Notes: generated by a model from the letters alone, not told the origin. 64,000 nucleotides of DNA from Octopus vulgaris (GCA_951406725.2 OX597817.1:65844001-65908000); one strand, 5' to 3'. Numbered from the stretch's first letter, positions 1 through 12,836 are shown. Numbers and translations: made by a program.

Positions 1-1
1 A

Positions 2-380
2 CCAAACTGTGGAACATGTGCCAACAAAATGGAAGGTTCAGAATTCCATTTTATACAAGGACAAAAATTTAAAATTAAAACTGACTTCACTTGTGCCTCT
101 GAAAATCTCATCGACGTCATAACATGTTCCGGTTGCAATAGGCACTATATAGGCTCAGCATGAATGTCCCTCAGACGTAGATCTACACTATGCAGACAAA
201 AAATCTATCACCCCCAATATCATCGAGTACCACTCAGTAATCACATAGACAGATGTGCTAAGGAACGCCAACCACAATTCACAATATTCCCACTTTCCCA
301 ATGCATGGAAAGGACCTCAACTCAACAACGACTAAATAAAGATGCCACATTTATTGAAAAATACAAACCAGAACTTAACA
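2..380 (+). pseudogene. Penelope-like element GIY-YIG endonuclease remnant (3' end of ORF, cut by window edge)
   Basis: Frame +2 reads PNCGTC...FKIKTDFTCASENLIDVITCSGCNRHYIGSA*MSLRRR...HIDRCAKERQPQFTIFP...FIEKYKPELN: Cys linker, GIY-YIG-like motifs and one in-frame stop. Same family as 7927-8310. Confidence 0.85.
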
Positions 381-769
381 TGAATATATCATGGAATTCA
401 CAAATAAAAAAAAAAACAATAAGAAAAAAGGAAAAGAGTTTTTCTTCCCCTTTGCTAAGAAATATTATATACACTGAATATCCCTTTAGATAATAAAAAA
501 AACACATTATATTCACTGATTATACCGCTTGAGCTATACTTTCCTGCATAAACACACAACTTTCATACCTGCTAGTATGAAAGATTAAATCTAAAATTAT
601 TATGATTTCATAACATTGAGTCATGATTAACGAAGCGAAACCGGTCTCTATTATACGTCGGTTTTCAAAAATAATATGTGGAAAAATAAAAATCAAGTTA
701 AGTCATTTTACTCAACTTTACCTCTGTCCGCCACCAATATTGGAATCGTAAAATCATTAGGAAACCGTT

Positions 770-2363
770 AAAAGCACATAAAATCATCATACTGTACAAT
801 AAATAAGAATAAAAGCATATAAAATCATATTAAGATACGTACAGTAAATGTTAAGATACACACCGTAATGTAGTGTAGTAGGTTGAATCGTCAGCGTGCT
901 ACTATTAGTCAAGAATCATTCAAGAGAAAGTGTTGTCTTTGGTTAAGGACCTGAAGAAAAAATATCCAGATGAGGAAGATGTTGAGTCCAAGGCAAGTCA
1001 AGGATGGTTTGTGAGATTTAAGGAGCGAAGAAGTTGTCACTCCATTAAGAAGTAAGGTGAAAGTGCATCAGCTAACGAAGAAGCAACAGCGGAATTTCCT
1101 AATCCATTAGAAAGTACTGTAAGAAGAAGGGGATTCATTTTAAGATTTTACTTATCTTAGATAATGCTCCTGGCCATCCGCAAAACACCGGAGATTTGGA
1201 CCTCAACGTTGGACCTCAACGTATACCTCCCTCCGAACACTACGTCACTTCTGCAGCTAGTGGATCAGGGAATAATTACTATCTTCAAGACTTGGCTGGG
1301 TGAAGTTCAGGGAATGTGGAGTGTTGTTATATGGGAAAAGGTTCTCATTAAAGATGAAAGGAAGCGTTACTATATGAAGCGTACGCCGCGGCAAGCAGTA
1401 GCTGCAACTGATCTTGATGAGTCCGTGACTTTTGGAAGAGATACATCTACAAGGCTGTACAAAACATAGCAGCAGCATGGAATGATGTACAGAGCACGGC
1501 TATGAATGGTGTATGGAAGAAGCGATGCCTGCAATTCGTGAATGATTTTAAGCGGTTTGATAATGTTGCCATCAGCAAAACTACAAGCAAAGAACTGGAA
1601 ATGGATTCGGAGGAGAATTTCAGATTTATCTGATAGAGCTTCACGAGCAGCAAGATAAAGAAGAGGAAGTCGAACCTGAGCCACGTCACTTTACCATGCA
1701 AGCATTTGCATATATCGAAAAAAGTTTTTCTATGTTCGTGGATATGGACCCAAATGCTCAACGCTTTTCCAAGACTATGAGGGCTTGTTACAAAGCTTTT
1801 GCTCCTTATAATGTAATCCTTGAGGAAAAGAATAAGAAGACAGTTCAAGGAGCTCTCAACCGGTTTTTTAAGCGCATCGAACAACAAGAACAGCCAGAGA
1901 CAGCTGTTGACGTTGACGATTCACAGCCATTTACATCCGTAGTGTAAACCACCAAATTGTATGTACGTATTGGTAAATTTTAAATAATTTAGTTTTTTTT
2001 TTACTATTGCAAAATAATAAAAATTACTGAATTTGTTTTTTAAGCTTGAAAAATGGCTCTTATTTTACCATGTCTTACTGCAAACCGTATTCATAGATAA
2101 AGCGTCCGCACCGCCAAATTTAGATTACTTTTATTTTTAATGTACTGTATTAAGAAATAAAAATTATTTTTTTTGTAAGCTTAAAATAGGTTTTTATTAA
2201 TCATGTATTACTGAAAATGCATTCATAAAGTACAGAATGGGAATGGTCATTATCGGTTTAGCCTAGAGACAAGTGAACTCTGCCTAGCCTAGCCTAGAGA
2301 CAAGTTAATTCGACTTAAGCCGTGTCTCCTGGAACCAATTAACGACGTCGGGTGAGGTATGCC

Positions 2364-2365
<2 letters not shown>
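770..2365 (+). mobile_element. Decayed Tigger/pogo DNA transposon (CENP-B HTH and DDE_1 remnants, right TIR)
   Basis: ~920-1100 reads IQEKVLSLVKDLKK...KASQGWFVRFKERR...GESASAN; ~1140-1290 reads KILLILDNAPGHP and YLPPNTTSLLQLVDQGII with frameshifts. Ends in GAGGTATGCCTG, the reverse complement of the Tigger1-like terminus CAGGCATACCTC. Left boundary approximate. Confidence 0.85.
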
Positions 2366-2411
<46 letters not shown>

Positions 2412-2414
<3 letters not shown>

Positions 2415-2713
2415 TCTTTTACTCTTTTATTTATTTCAGACATTTGACTGCGGCCATGCTGGGGCGCCACCTTTAGTCGAACAAATCGACCCCAGGACTT
2501 ATTCTTTGTAAGCCTAGTACTTATTCTATCGATTTTTTTTTGTCGAACCGGTAAGTTACGGACACGTACGCGCGCACGCACACACACACATATATACGAC
2601 GGGCTTCTTTCAGTTTCCGTCTACCAAATCCACTCACAAGCCTTTGAGTAGAAGACACTTGCCCAAGGCACGAACCCGGAACTATGTGATTGGGAATTAA
2701 GCTTCTTATCACA
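2412..2713 (-). mobile_element. tRNA-derived SINE, family A (partial)
   Basis: Reverse complement of the 17494-17904 and 43134-43558 element (GGATTTGGTAGACGGAAACTGAAAGAAGCCCGTCG; ACTAGGCTTACAAAGAATAAGTCC). Confidence 0.85.
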
Positions 2714-2778
2714 ATTTCGGTTTTGTATTTGGTTTGCTAGATTCTTCATGTGAATTCGTGTGCTGAAGCATATTTTAT

Positions 2779-3025
2779 TGTCTGAGAAGAGTCATTCTCT
2801 TTTAGTGCTTAATTAATTTAACACATTAACTGATTTCCACTCATTTACTTATTTATTTCTACTAAAATTTCCGTTGCGACTTGCAACCTTTTCAATAGTC
2901 GTTGACACTTGAAAATGTTGTAAGTCGCAACGAAAATTTTAGTAAAAATGAATAAGTAAATGAGTGTAAATCGGCGAATGTGTCAAATTAATAAGGAATT
3001 AAAAGAAAACGACCCTCCCCAGACA
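2779..3025. repeat. Fold-back inverted repeat, arms about 117 bp
   Basis: 2779-2895 is the imperfect reverse complement of 2909-3025. Same sequence family as 46943-47162. Confidence 0.85.
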
Positions 3026-3803
3026 CTATATATGAAAAGAATAAGAATGATGTCTTTGAAAATTGTTTTTCAGCTTTAATGATAGGATGTTCACAAATCA
3101 TATTGTGCCTGTTTTTCTAGTGGTCAGATGTTTTATATCTTTAAAAAATGGTCCTTGATATCGGACTGAGATTTTTGCTTGAAAGCAATTTCCAAACTGT
3201 TCATATTTGGTGTCAGAGTTCTTTTAAAGTAGTCTTAGTATTAGTCCGGGTATTGGTGGGGGTGTTACAAACTTATATATACATTGACACGCACACCTCA
3301 CATACACGCAAAGACTTTAACTCAGTTTCCGTCTATCAAATTCACTCGCAAGACGTTAGTGAAAGAGGCTTGTCCAACATGTCATGCAATAAGAGTAAAC
3401 GCGAATCCACGTGGAGGCGACAGATATATATGTATACTCAGTGGGTATTTGAGCAATGCGTTCGTGGATAGGAAATGGGTCTGATGTGCTGCTCATGAAA
3501 GAACAATAACTCTTGTACTATGCATATACACCTGTTACCTATTTATTCTATCTTTCATCACATTGCTTACAAAGGCGTATTCTTATAAATGAAAACAACG
3601 CATTGGTAACACGAAACTAGGGCACAATATTGATCTGTAAGCCTTTAATATACTTGGTAGTATATAATGGTTGTAAAATGAAATATTGTGTCCTTGCTAG
3701 CATTTATATCTGTGCATATATATGTATGTATGGACGTTCGTATATGTAAGTACAACGTTTGTTCTGCATATATATATATATCTGTATTTATGTACTTTGA
3801 TAT

Positions 3804-3862
3804 ATTCAACCGATGACAGTAAAACTTATTTAAAGCAAAACCAGAAATCCTGGATCTTGAAT
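3804..3862 (+). ncRNA. Hammerhead ribozyme-like motif (U4C core variant, stem II eroded)
   Basis: ATTCAA-CCGATGA-...-GAAA-TCC-T-GGA-TC-TTGAAT: 6-bp stem I, near-palindromic stem III and AUC triplet. Confidence 0.55.
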
Positions 3863-4078
3863 TATTCAATAATATTTTTTGCTAGTCTATTTTGTCCCTC
3901 TATCTTATCTCATGGTACGATTCGAACATTTAACGTGGTTTTTAAATTCAGGGTTTTGACTGCTATTTCGACATAGTGGTGTCTCTCAGTTGTAAAAAAT
4001 TATCACCTTTGTACGGTATTTTTTCCCATGCTGGCCACTTGATAATATCGATATTTAACTATCGATATTATCCTTATT

Positions 4079-4177
<99 letters not shown>

Positions 4178-4188
4178 ATGTATGTATG

Positions 4189-4248
<60 letters not shown>

Positions 4249-4251
<3 letters not shown>

Positions 4252-4455
4252 GGTTGGCCAAAGTCACCTGACAGTAAATTAAAACCATTTAATTCTAAGA
4301 TATATTTATGTTTAACAGAATGAAGTCAATAAAAGCATCTAAATATGAAAATCGTTCAAATTGAAGTCCTTCATAATTGGAATGAATAAATGAAATTGAA
4401 TATTACGTATTTAAGGAATTTTGATTTACTGTCGGGTGACTTTTGGCCAACTCTG
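4249..4455. mobile_element. Tc1/mariner-type MITE
   Basis: About 32-bp TIRs AAGGGTTGGCCAAAAGTCACCTGACAGTAAAT / ATTTACTGTCGGGTGACTTTTGGCCAACTCTG, flanked by TA, with no ORF. Confidence 0.85.
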
Positions 4456-4526
4456 TATATATGTGTGTGTGTTTTTGCACACACCACATATACATATACG
4501 TACATATACATATATAAATACATAAA

Positions 4527-4584
<58 letters not shown>

Positions 4585-4715
4585 GTAAATAATTAGACTT
4601 CACACACACATACACACACACTCATACACTTACACACTTACACACACACTCACACACTTACACACACTCACACACACACACATTCACACAACACACACTC
4701 AATATACACAACACA

Positions 4716-5935
4716 CACGTATTTACATGGAGCACAAAAATACAAACAATATGTAGAAAATATGTAATTTCTTAACTCGGCAGCTGTTTCAAGGAGTTAC
4801 GTAATAATCATAATAATTCTAATTTGCAGATGAAATATACAAAAATGTCATGAGTATGCAACAGGTAAGCAGTCAGTTTGAGGTATTCCAATAAGTTCGG
4901 CTTACCTCATCACGAGTAGATTGGCAAAAGTGGTTCATGTGATACTGCAAGCAGATATAAACAGTAGAAGGAAGAGAGGAGGAATGACAAGAACGAAAGG
5001 CAGGGGGAGAGAGCAGGATTTGTACAACACAGAAAGGAAGAAACACGGGTAGACAAAAAGAGAGAGTGGAAAGAGTGGGAGAATTCTACGACAAAATGAG
5101 GAAGGAGGTAGAAGAAACAGAGAGAGAGATAGGGAGAAGGTAAAATAGGTTCGGTGAAAGCAAAGGTTACTAGTGGTCAAGGTAAGCTATCTGAGCAGAT
5201 AGTGAATCAGTTATGGGTGGCAACTGGTCAGACGGAGAAACAAGAAGAGATAAGCAATGAAGGAAAGGTACTAGGGTTGGGGTAGCGGAGGAAGAAAGTA
5301 TGTTGAGATATGGAGAATATTGTACCAGAAGAAAGGGAGAACAGAAATAGTACTACATAGCAAAATAACTAAAGAGCTTTATCCGTAATTTAGAGAAATC
5401 ATAAAGACTTTACGTAATGAGCAAATGTGGAATAAAATTGGTGCTCACTCAAGAAGATTACATCAGAGAACCTATTGAGTAAATGTAGAATATATAAATG
5501 CCGGGTAATAACCCAATGTTCTCACCAGGCTAGGGTCTACATCAAAAGCACCACTGATTTCAAGCGTCACTACCGGGCTCACTTGCATTCATTCTCAAAT
5601 ACAGCCTCTAAACTATTTACCTCTCTATACCACATCAAGTCCCAGGACATTCCCTATACCTTATACTGATCCATAGACTGTAGAGCTTCCCTGTACAACA
5701 CTAACTATCGTATTTTTTAAGTTACGTTGCTAGAAATCTTCGTCATCATAATACCTCGTTACTCAATAAATTCCCTAACGTAATCTCGTGTAAGCACAAA
5801 TTTTATTCCACATTTGCTCATTACGAGTCTTTGTTATTTCTCCTAATTATGGAAAAGCTTCCTGAACGGTGTCAAGTTAAAAAATTACATATCTTCATAT
5901 TTTTCTGTACTTTTTGTGCTTTATGTAAATATATG
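4716..5935. mobile_element. Second PLE family: GIY-YIG 3' remnant (+, about 5485-5830) preceded by an inverted copy of its 3' end
   Basis: Reads RIYKCRV...RVYIKSTTDFKRHYRAHLHSF...SKLFTSLYHIK...LLNKFPNVISCKHKF. 5375-5482 is inverted to about 5759-5860, and 4716-4797 is inverted to about 5858-5935. Confidence 0.7.
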
Positions 5936-5990
5936 CGTACACACACACACACCACATATCTATCTATCTGTGTGTGTATATATATACATT

Positions 5991-6076
<86 letters not shown>

Positions 6077-6176
6077 TAATCCAAACATGAAAACACAAAG
6101 GGAAAACACAACAACGCGAGGACTTGGAACAAGTATAGTGTTATTAGACGCTCAGGAAAGGAAAGAAAGAAGGAGG

Positions 6177-6211
6177 ATTTAACGTTTCGAGCGGAGCTCT
6201 TCGTCAGAAAC
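6177..6211 (-). ncRNA. Minimal hammerhead ribozyme motif
   Basis: Minus strand GTTT-CTGACGA-A-GAGC-TCC-GCTC-GAAACGTT-AAAT, inside a unit of about 220 bp (6073-6285) next to (TA)n. Confidence 0.65.
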
Positions 6212-6461
6212 AAAGAAAAAGGAAAGATCCAAGGAAGGAAGACGGAGGAAAAAAAATCGCCGACGATACACACGCGGTCACATATTGAATGGGTGAAGGG
6301 AATGGGTGAAGAAAAAGTTCTTTCAAAGACAGGAGAGTGCAAGAGAAGGAGGTATGTGTGTGTATGTGCGCGCGCGCAGGTGTGTGTGTGTATGTGTGTG
6401 TGGTTGGGCTTAGTATCGTTTAAGGTCATAGGAAGAATGTATAGTAGGAGTAGCTCATACA

Positions 6462-6530
<69 letters not shown>

Positions 6531-6535
<5 letters not shown>

Positions 6536-6748
6536 AATTAAGGACTGAACACGAAAAAGTGGACAGTCAACATGCTAGATATAGACGTCAAATCGCCATT
6601 CTCCACAAAAAGTCTATGTTCTCAGATCAAACTCAACACAAAAGTTTGATCTGAGAACATAGACTTTTGTGGAGAATGGCGATTTGACGTCTATATCTAG
6701 CATGTTGACTGTCCACTTTTTCGTGTTCAGTCCTTAATTGGTATATAT
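6531..6748. repeat. Near-perfect palindrome (arms about 103 bp, 9-nt loop)
   Basis: 6531-6633 versus 6643-6748 differ by one A in a homopolymer run; loop is CAACACAAA. Confidence 0.95.
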
Positions 6749-6835
6749 AAATATTTTAATCTTCGGATTCTTTCTTTAATATGCTAGACCACTGGTTCTA
6801 ATTGATAAATATCAATTTTTACCCTAAATTTAATG

Positions 6836-6895
<60 letters not shown>

Positions 6896-6906
6896 ATATA
6901 TATATA

Positions 6907-7140
6907 CTAGCAGAGATACCCAACGTTGCCCGGTTACATTTAATTGAAGAATTAGACTTTTCTGTTATATCTTCTGTAATGAACTGGAATACCTATGTTT
7001 CGAATTTCATCAAAATTGCAGATGAGGGTTATTTCCCTCTTTACACACCCTAAAAAAATTGTAATCGTGCCACATGTATCCCATACTACTGATTTTTATG
7101 CGCATATTCTAAAGTTCCAGTCAGATTGAATCTGTTAAAA
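6907..7140 (-). mobile_element. Possible Helitron 3' terminus fragment
   Basis: A|CTAGCAGAGATACCCAACGTTGCCCGG resembles the CTAG-plus-hairpin end at 53151. No 5' TC end identified. Confidence 0.4.
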
Positions 7141-7899
7141 AGATTTTGCTCATGAAAAATGAAGGTCATGAAGCTCTAAAATGTGAGAGTTAAGGCCCCT
7201 GTTGGGGGTGGGCATCTTAATGTCAACCAGAGAAGTTGAATTGTTGAGAATCTTTTTAACTTGGGTCTTATATGTATTGTTTGAACTTCTTTGAAATAGG
7301 AAATATATGTTCACTGGGTTTGTAAAAGAGAGCAAAGCTACAGGAAACCAAAAGACGAATGATCACAATAAGCAGTCAGTTACCCTACCCTAGTCGTTAC
7401 CACTGCCAATGTAGGATTCCTCACCATCCAGGTGACAAGCACGGCCGTAAGATGCATTACGAATATATAGCAATTGGAAGAGCGTGACCCAACTGAAATC
7501 AACATTAACAACTGTGTGACATGAGGGCTAAGGAGAAATTAAAGTGTCACCTCTGGAGTTTGCAAATGACCACTATACTGATACGTAACTGGACAGAATA
7601 AATTTAAAATCTATAAACGTCTTTGAATAACCAGTCACTCATCTGGTATGAGTTCTTCGTTTTGATTGTGAAGCAGCAGTAGTAGTTGAGAAAGGAGGCA
7701 GCGAAGAAGAAGAATGCAAGAGTGGTATGACAGCAGTAAGATGTTTGTTGAATTCTCTTAAATGGTCAAGTCACCTAAAAGTGACCCCTTGTGGTTGTAA
7801 TAGTAGTGATTGGAATTGTTCTGAATAAATTAATGGATAGTGACTATTCTGAATATATCGCTTTTTAATATTTGCGTGTGTATTATTCTAAGGCCCTTG

Positions 7900-10567
7900 T
7901 AAAAGTGTCATTTGTGGTCGATGCATTCAAAAGGGGTTTATATTTTGTGATAAAATATGACTCTTTATTAATACACTGAGTACAGGTTGCATCGTCCCTG
8001 AATTTATAGAGGGGAAGATTCTGAAGCTGGGTTGTTTGTTATTGGCACAAATATCGATGTGTTCGCTGAATGCTATTTCCCTGTATTCCCGAATTTTGAT
8101 CTGGGATCTATCTAGAGCCATCCTTTGACGTAGAGTGTTTTTAGTTTGGCCTATGTAATGCTCTCAACACCCAGAGCAAGTTAATGCCTATGTTAGGTTC
8201 TCCGAAGCACACGTGAAGTTGCTTTCCACTGTAAAACGTTGATCCTGTTTGAAGGAGAACTCCAGTCCCTCAATTAGGTTGACGCATATACCACAGTTAG
8301 GTCTTCCGCATATTTATACTGATGATGGCTTCAGTGTTGTTGTCGAGCGTACTTGGGCTTGACTTTTCATAGATTTGGGTTGTCTTTTGCTCTTTGTGAT
8401 GGTGTGCATTTGGAAGTTTAAATTCATTCTGTAGTCCCTTTTTAGTAGGGGAATGTTCTGGAGGATGAGGTCGAAGGCTTCATTGTTAAAAGGGTTGTGT
8501 GTGGAGATGTATGATAGGGCTTTCGGTTGTAAATCCTTCTTTAATTTGGGATGCCTGAGTTTGTGATGTTGAATTGTAGGGCACGTTGAAAGCCTATATT
8601 AGTTAGTGATGGAGGGTAGTTCCTGGTAATGAGTGTATCCTTTAGTTCATGTAGTTGTGTGTCCCTGGTGCTTGTATTAGAAAATATCGTACAAATCCTT
8701 TTTGACAGCTTGAAAAGGATATTCATTCTAGTGTATCTGTTTCTATTTCGTTGTCAGATTTCTTAATGAGGATGTTAAGGAATGGAAGTTGTTGATGGCT
8801 ATATTCTATCGTAACTTGAATGTTTACGTCAAGTTCATTTATAAGTGCTTAAAATTCTTTAAGTCTCTCAATACTTTCAGGCCAAAGAATCAAACAGTCA
8901 TCCAGATACCTCTTCCAGTTAATTTTCTATGTAGAGTGAGAATGTGTTGCCGTATTTTTCTAGTACCTTACGATACAGACTGATTTCTAGATATCCCATG
9001 ACTAGGTTAGCAAAGGAAGGAGCCATTCTCGTACCCATCGCAGTCCCCGATTTTTGTAGATAGAAGTTGTCTTTGAAGACAAAGTAGTTATTCTCCAAGA
9101 TGAATTTTAGCCCTTCTGTTATGAATTCTTTTTTGATGCGATGTGGGAGTTCGTTGGATTAATTCTCTAGCCAGAATTAAATTGCCTCTATTCCTAGGCT
9201 GTTGGGGATATTAGAATAAAGGTTAACTACATCGAAAGATACTAGTAGGGTGTTTTTGCTTATTGTTTTAGGGAAGTGATTGAGCATATCTAGGTCGTCT
9301 TTTATATAGCTTTTGACATATTTGAGGAATGGTTTTAAGAGGGTATCTAAAAGGCGGTGGGTTTCGCATGCGGGACCTGCTATTATAGGTCTTAATTTGA
9401 GGTCATTAGGTGTAGGGACCTTGATTATTACGTCTGTGGCAGGGTCAACGTTACTTAGTTTGTCACTTTTGTGTAACTTAGAAATACCATAAAATTGACT
9501 GGATTTACTTTTGAAGTTGGTCATATAATCGTATTCCTTGTCGGTGAGCCATTCTCTGTATAGGCTTAACATGGATTTTAAGTTTCTCATTATTTTCTGC
9601 TGACAGTAGTGTTGGACCTTTTCATAATATGTTGTGTCTTCTAATATGGGTAGTACTAGAGTTATATAGTATACCATGTCTCTTAAGACAACTGCACTTT
9701 TTTTATCAGCCACTTTGATTGTTATTGTTTTATCATCATTTAATTTGTTCAGCTCAGCCCATTCTTTTTTGCTGAAGTTTGGCTTGTGCTTTTGTTTGGA
9801 TATATGTTGATGTGGGTAATTCGAGATGTATTCACAGAAATGGTTAAAAAGTTTTGTTCTTACCTTTTGAAGGGGTGTAGTTACTTCTATTTTGGACTAA
9901 CGATTCGTCCTCGTTGTATTTGTCGTATAGTTTCCCAGCGAGTCGTAATTTTCTACAGAATTCCGCGACGTCTTCTTTCATTATGTTGTAGATGGGGCGT
10001 TGTGTAAACTTGAGCCCTTTGGAAAGCATGTTGATTTGGTTTGCTGTTAGTTCTTTGTGAGTTAGATTGACGATTTTTATCACTTTTGGTTTTTCCTGTC
10101 TGTTTGGTGCTATCTCGTATCTCTGTGTTTGCGTATTGTGTCTAAAAAATGATTGAGGTGATTGGGACGTAGCTACTATGTAGTTGCTCCTTGTCGTTAT
10201 GGAGTGCCCTGTTGTGATTTATGTTGCGGATTCTTGGAAGGGTATTGAAAGGTGTGTCTCTACATTCCCTGTTCGAATGTGGTGTTTTATGGGGCCGTCG
10301 TTGGTAATTATTACGTGTGGTATGGGTTTGTTGTGCGTGGTTGTTTAGTCGATTGTTAGAACGAAAATTTTGTTGGTAACTCCTTATATGGGCAGGCTGC
10401 AATGTCTCTCCTGTGGGCAGTGATTTTTCATTTCTCTGTTTGATGTTGAGGTACTCCCGATGTTGTTTCGCTGGTTGGCTACAAAGTTAGGGTTAGGTCT
10501 TGTATTCTTTTTTTTTTTGGTAGGGTGATGGTTGTTTTTTAAGATAGGTGTGAATCTGTTTGAATGT

Positions 10568-10568
<1 letters not shown>
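7900..10568 (-). mobile_element. Near full-length decayed Penelope-like retroelement (RT plus GIY-YIG)
   Basis: Collinear fragments: IVNLT..LSKGLKF (9844-10083); ADK, FYGISKLHK, LRPII, SYIKD, LVSFDVVNLYSNIP (9177-9713); GTAMGTRMAPSFANLVMGYLE (~8985-9050); WKRYLDD (~8895-8917); thumb region (8541-8726); CGRPNCGIC...FTCASENL...CSGC..HYIGQT..LRQRM (7927-8310). Multiple stops and frameshifts; 5' end abuts (TA)n. Confidence 0.93.
9177..9713 (-). pseudogene. PLE reverse transcriptase fragment
   Basis: 178-aa open fragment with PLE RT motifs (KLHK, LRPII, SFDVVNLYSNIP); part of an interrupted ORF. Confidence 0.9.
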
Positions 10569-10615
<47 letters not shown>

Positions 10616-10627
10616 AAAATAGTTGAG

Positions 10628-10689
<62 letters not shown>

Positions 10690-10730
10690 GAAAAAAGATT
10701 AGATATTTATATAAAAAAAATTTTATATAT

Positions 10731-10987
10731 AAAAGATGGATGTGGAAATAGCACATTTCAATTTAAGGAGGAATTTAATAAAAATTTTATAAAAATTTCT
10801 TCGTTTGTTCTTGACCCCCAGACAGCAGATAAACTGTTTTTACTTCAATTTTTTATGAATTTTTAGTGATAGCTGATAAGATAAGATTCATCAAGAGCGG
10901 TAATATTTTCTTTATATGATTTTTTAAATAATTTTTATTAAATTCCCTCTTAAATTAAAATGTCTCATACTTACTTTCCACCTCCAT

Positions 10988-10992
<5 letters not shown>
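10731..10992. repeat. Short unit with inverted ends of about 65 bp between (TA)n tracts
   Basis: AAGATGGATGTGGAAA..TTTAAGGAGGAATTTAATAAAAATT versus AATTTTTATTAAATTCCCTCTTAAA..TTTCCACCTCCATCTT. Confidence 0.7.
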
Positions 10993-11029
<37 letters not shown>

Positions 11030-11047
11030 CTTATAGATAGATAGAAT

Positions 11048-11156
<109 letters not shown>

Positions 11157-11933
11157 AATTTAGAACAAACAGTAAATTGTCATTACTCGGAGTTTCGAAA
11201 GTAAGAGTGAAGAGCTACAATGCATTCTCGTCGGCTATTAATGGCAATGGACGCTATAAAAAAAGGCGTTGAATAAAAGGGAAGTTACTCTGATTTGTAG
11301 AAAAAGAAAAATGAAAAAATACACGCAACTATATTCTAACGATACATAGACATAAGCCTCCTGCATTCATAACGTCTACATACGTACACACCCACACAAA
11401 CATGTATACGTACATGTACATACACACACAAACATGTATGTACATGTATGTACTCATACATACACATATCCACTTACAGATGCAGACATGTGTATATATA
11501 TGTGTGTGTGTGTGTGTGTACGCAACTTCATCCTCATATACACATAGGTGTTTGCATGCATACAAGTAACATAATACATATATATTTAGACATTTATACA
11601 TATTAATATACGTATATATATATATATATATATATACAGGTATACATTCACACTCCCGCATACACGTATATACATATAAAAGTTAAATAATGATGGTAGA
11701 AATTAATATTAATTAATTAATATCAATTTAAACCAGTGGCCCAGCATACTTTAAAAATCCGAAGGTTAAGAAATTATATTACATACATATATAAGAGGAA
11801 TAATCACCAAGGTGGACTCCTAATATGCTAGAAGAAGACGCTAAATCGTCTTACCACGAAGAATGTGCTCTCAAGAAATTTCAGCAAACGCTAGAATATA
11901 AAACGAGCAAGACAAATGAAAAGATAGTAATAA

Positions 11934-11998
11934 GCTATATACCTTGATTTCGTTGTTAACATTCACGAATGTAAATGTCCGCAGCTCTTCAGTGCAGC
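11934..11998 (-). ncRNA. Hammerhead ribozyme motif (intact core, slightly eroded stems)
   Basis: Minus strand GCTGCA-CTGAAGA-GCTG...CAAC-GAAA-TCAAGG-TA-TATAGC. Confidence 0.6.
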
Positions 11999-12535
11999 CG
12001 TTAACTTTTGAATAACCAAGCAATAATAAATTTCTGAGCGAAAATTAAACAGAAGCAGCACGACAGGTTTCTACTCAAAAACCCGGGTTCGTGTGTATCA
12101 CTTCAGGCTAGAAATGGGAAGGATGATTTCTCTTCGCAAATACTGATCGGGTACAGACAGTGTGTCATTAGCCAGCTGGAGGAGATGTCTTCCTGGGACT
12201 ATAAACTACAGTAGCAAAGTCCCATATGGGGCAGCTACATTTAGGTGGCAAATATAGTTCACGATGTCGTGCTGCTACTGTTTAATTCTCGCTCAGAGAT
12301 CTATTATTGCTTGTTTCTCCTTTTTCCAGATCAGTGACTTTTTGTCACTAGAAAAAGCATACGTACATATATATATATACACATATATATATGCATTTAC
12401 GTGTATGCAGGAGTATGAATGTATGCTGTATATACATACATACGTATATCTATATGCCTAAATGTCTAAATATATATGTATTATGTTACGTGTATGCATG
12501 CAAACACCTATGTGTATATGAGGATGAAGTTGAGT

Positions 12536-12579
<44 letters not shown>

Positions 12580-12836
12580 CGTATGCGTGTGTGGATATGC
12601 GTATGTATGAGTACGTACATGCACGTTAGTGTGCGTATGCGCATGTAGGTATACATGCTTGTATGAGTATGTACGTATGTAGACATTATGAACGCAGGAG
12701 GTTTATGTCTATGTATTGTGAGAATATGGTTGCGTGTATTTTTTTAATCTTTTATCTTTTTTTTCTTTTTCTACCTATTAGAGTAACTTCCCTTATATTC
12801 AACGGTTTTTTTAACACCGTCTATTACCATTAACAG

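Noticed and set aside
10874-10905. CTGATAA-GAT..ATC-AAGAGCGGTA as a hammerhead
   Set aside because: Too many core substitutions to support without a family consensus.
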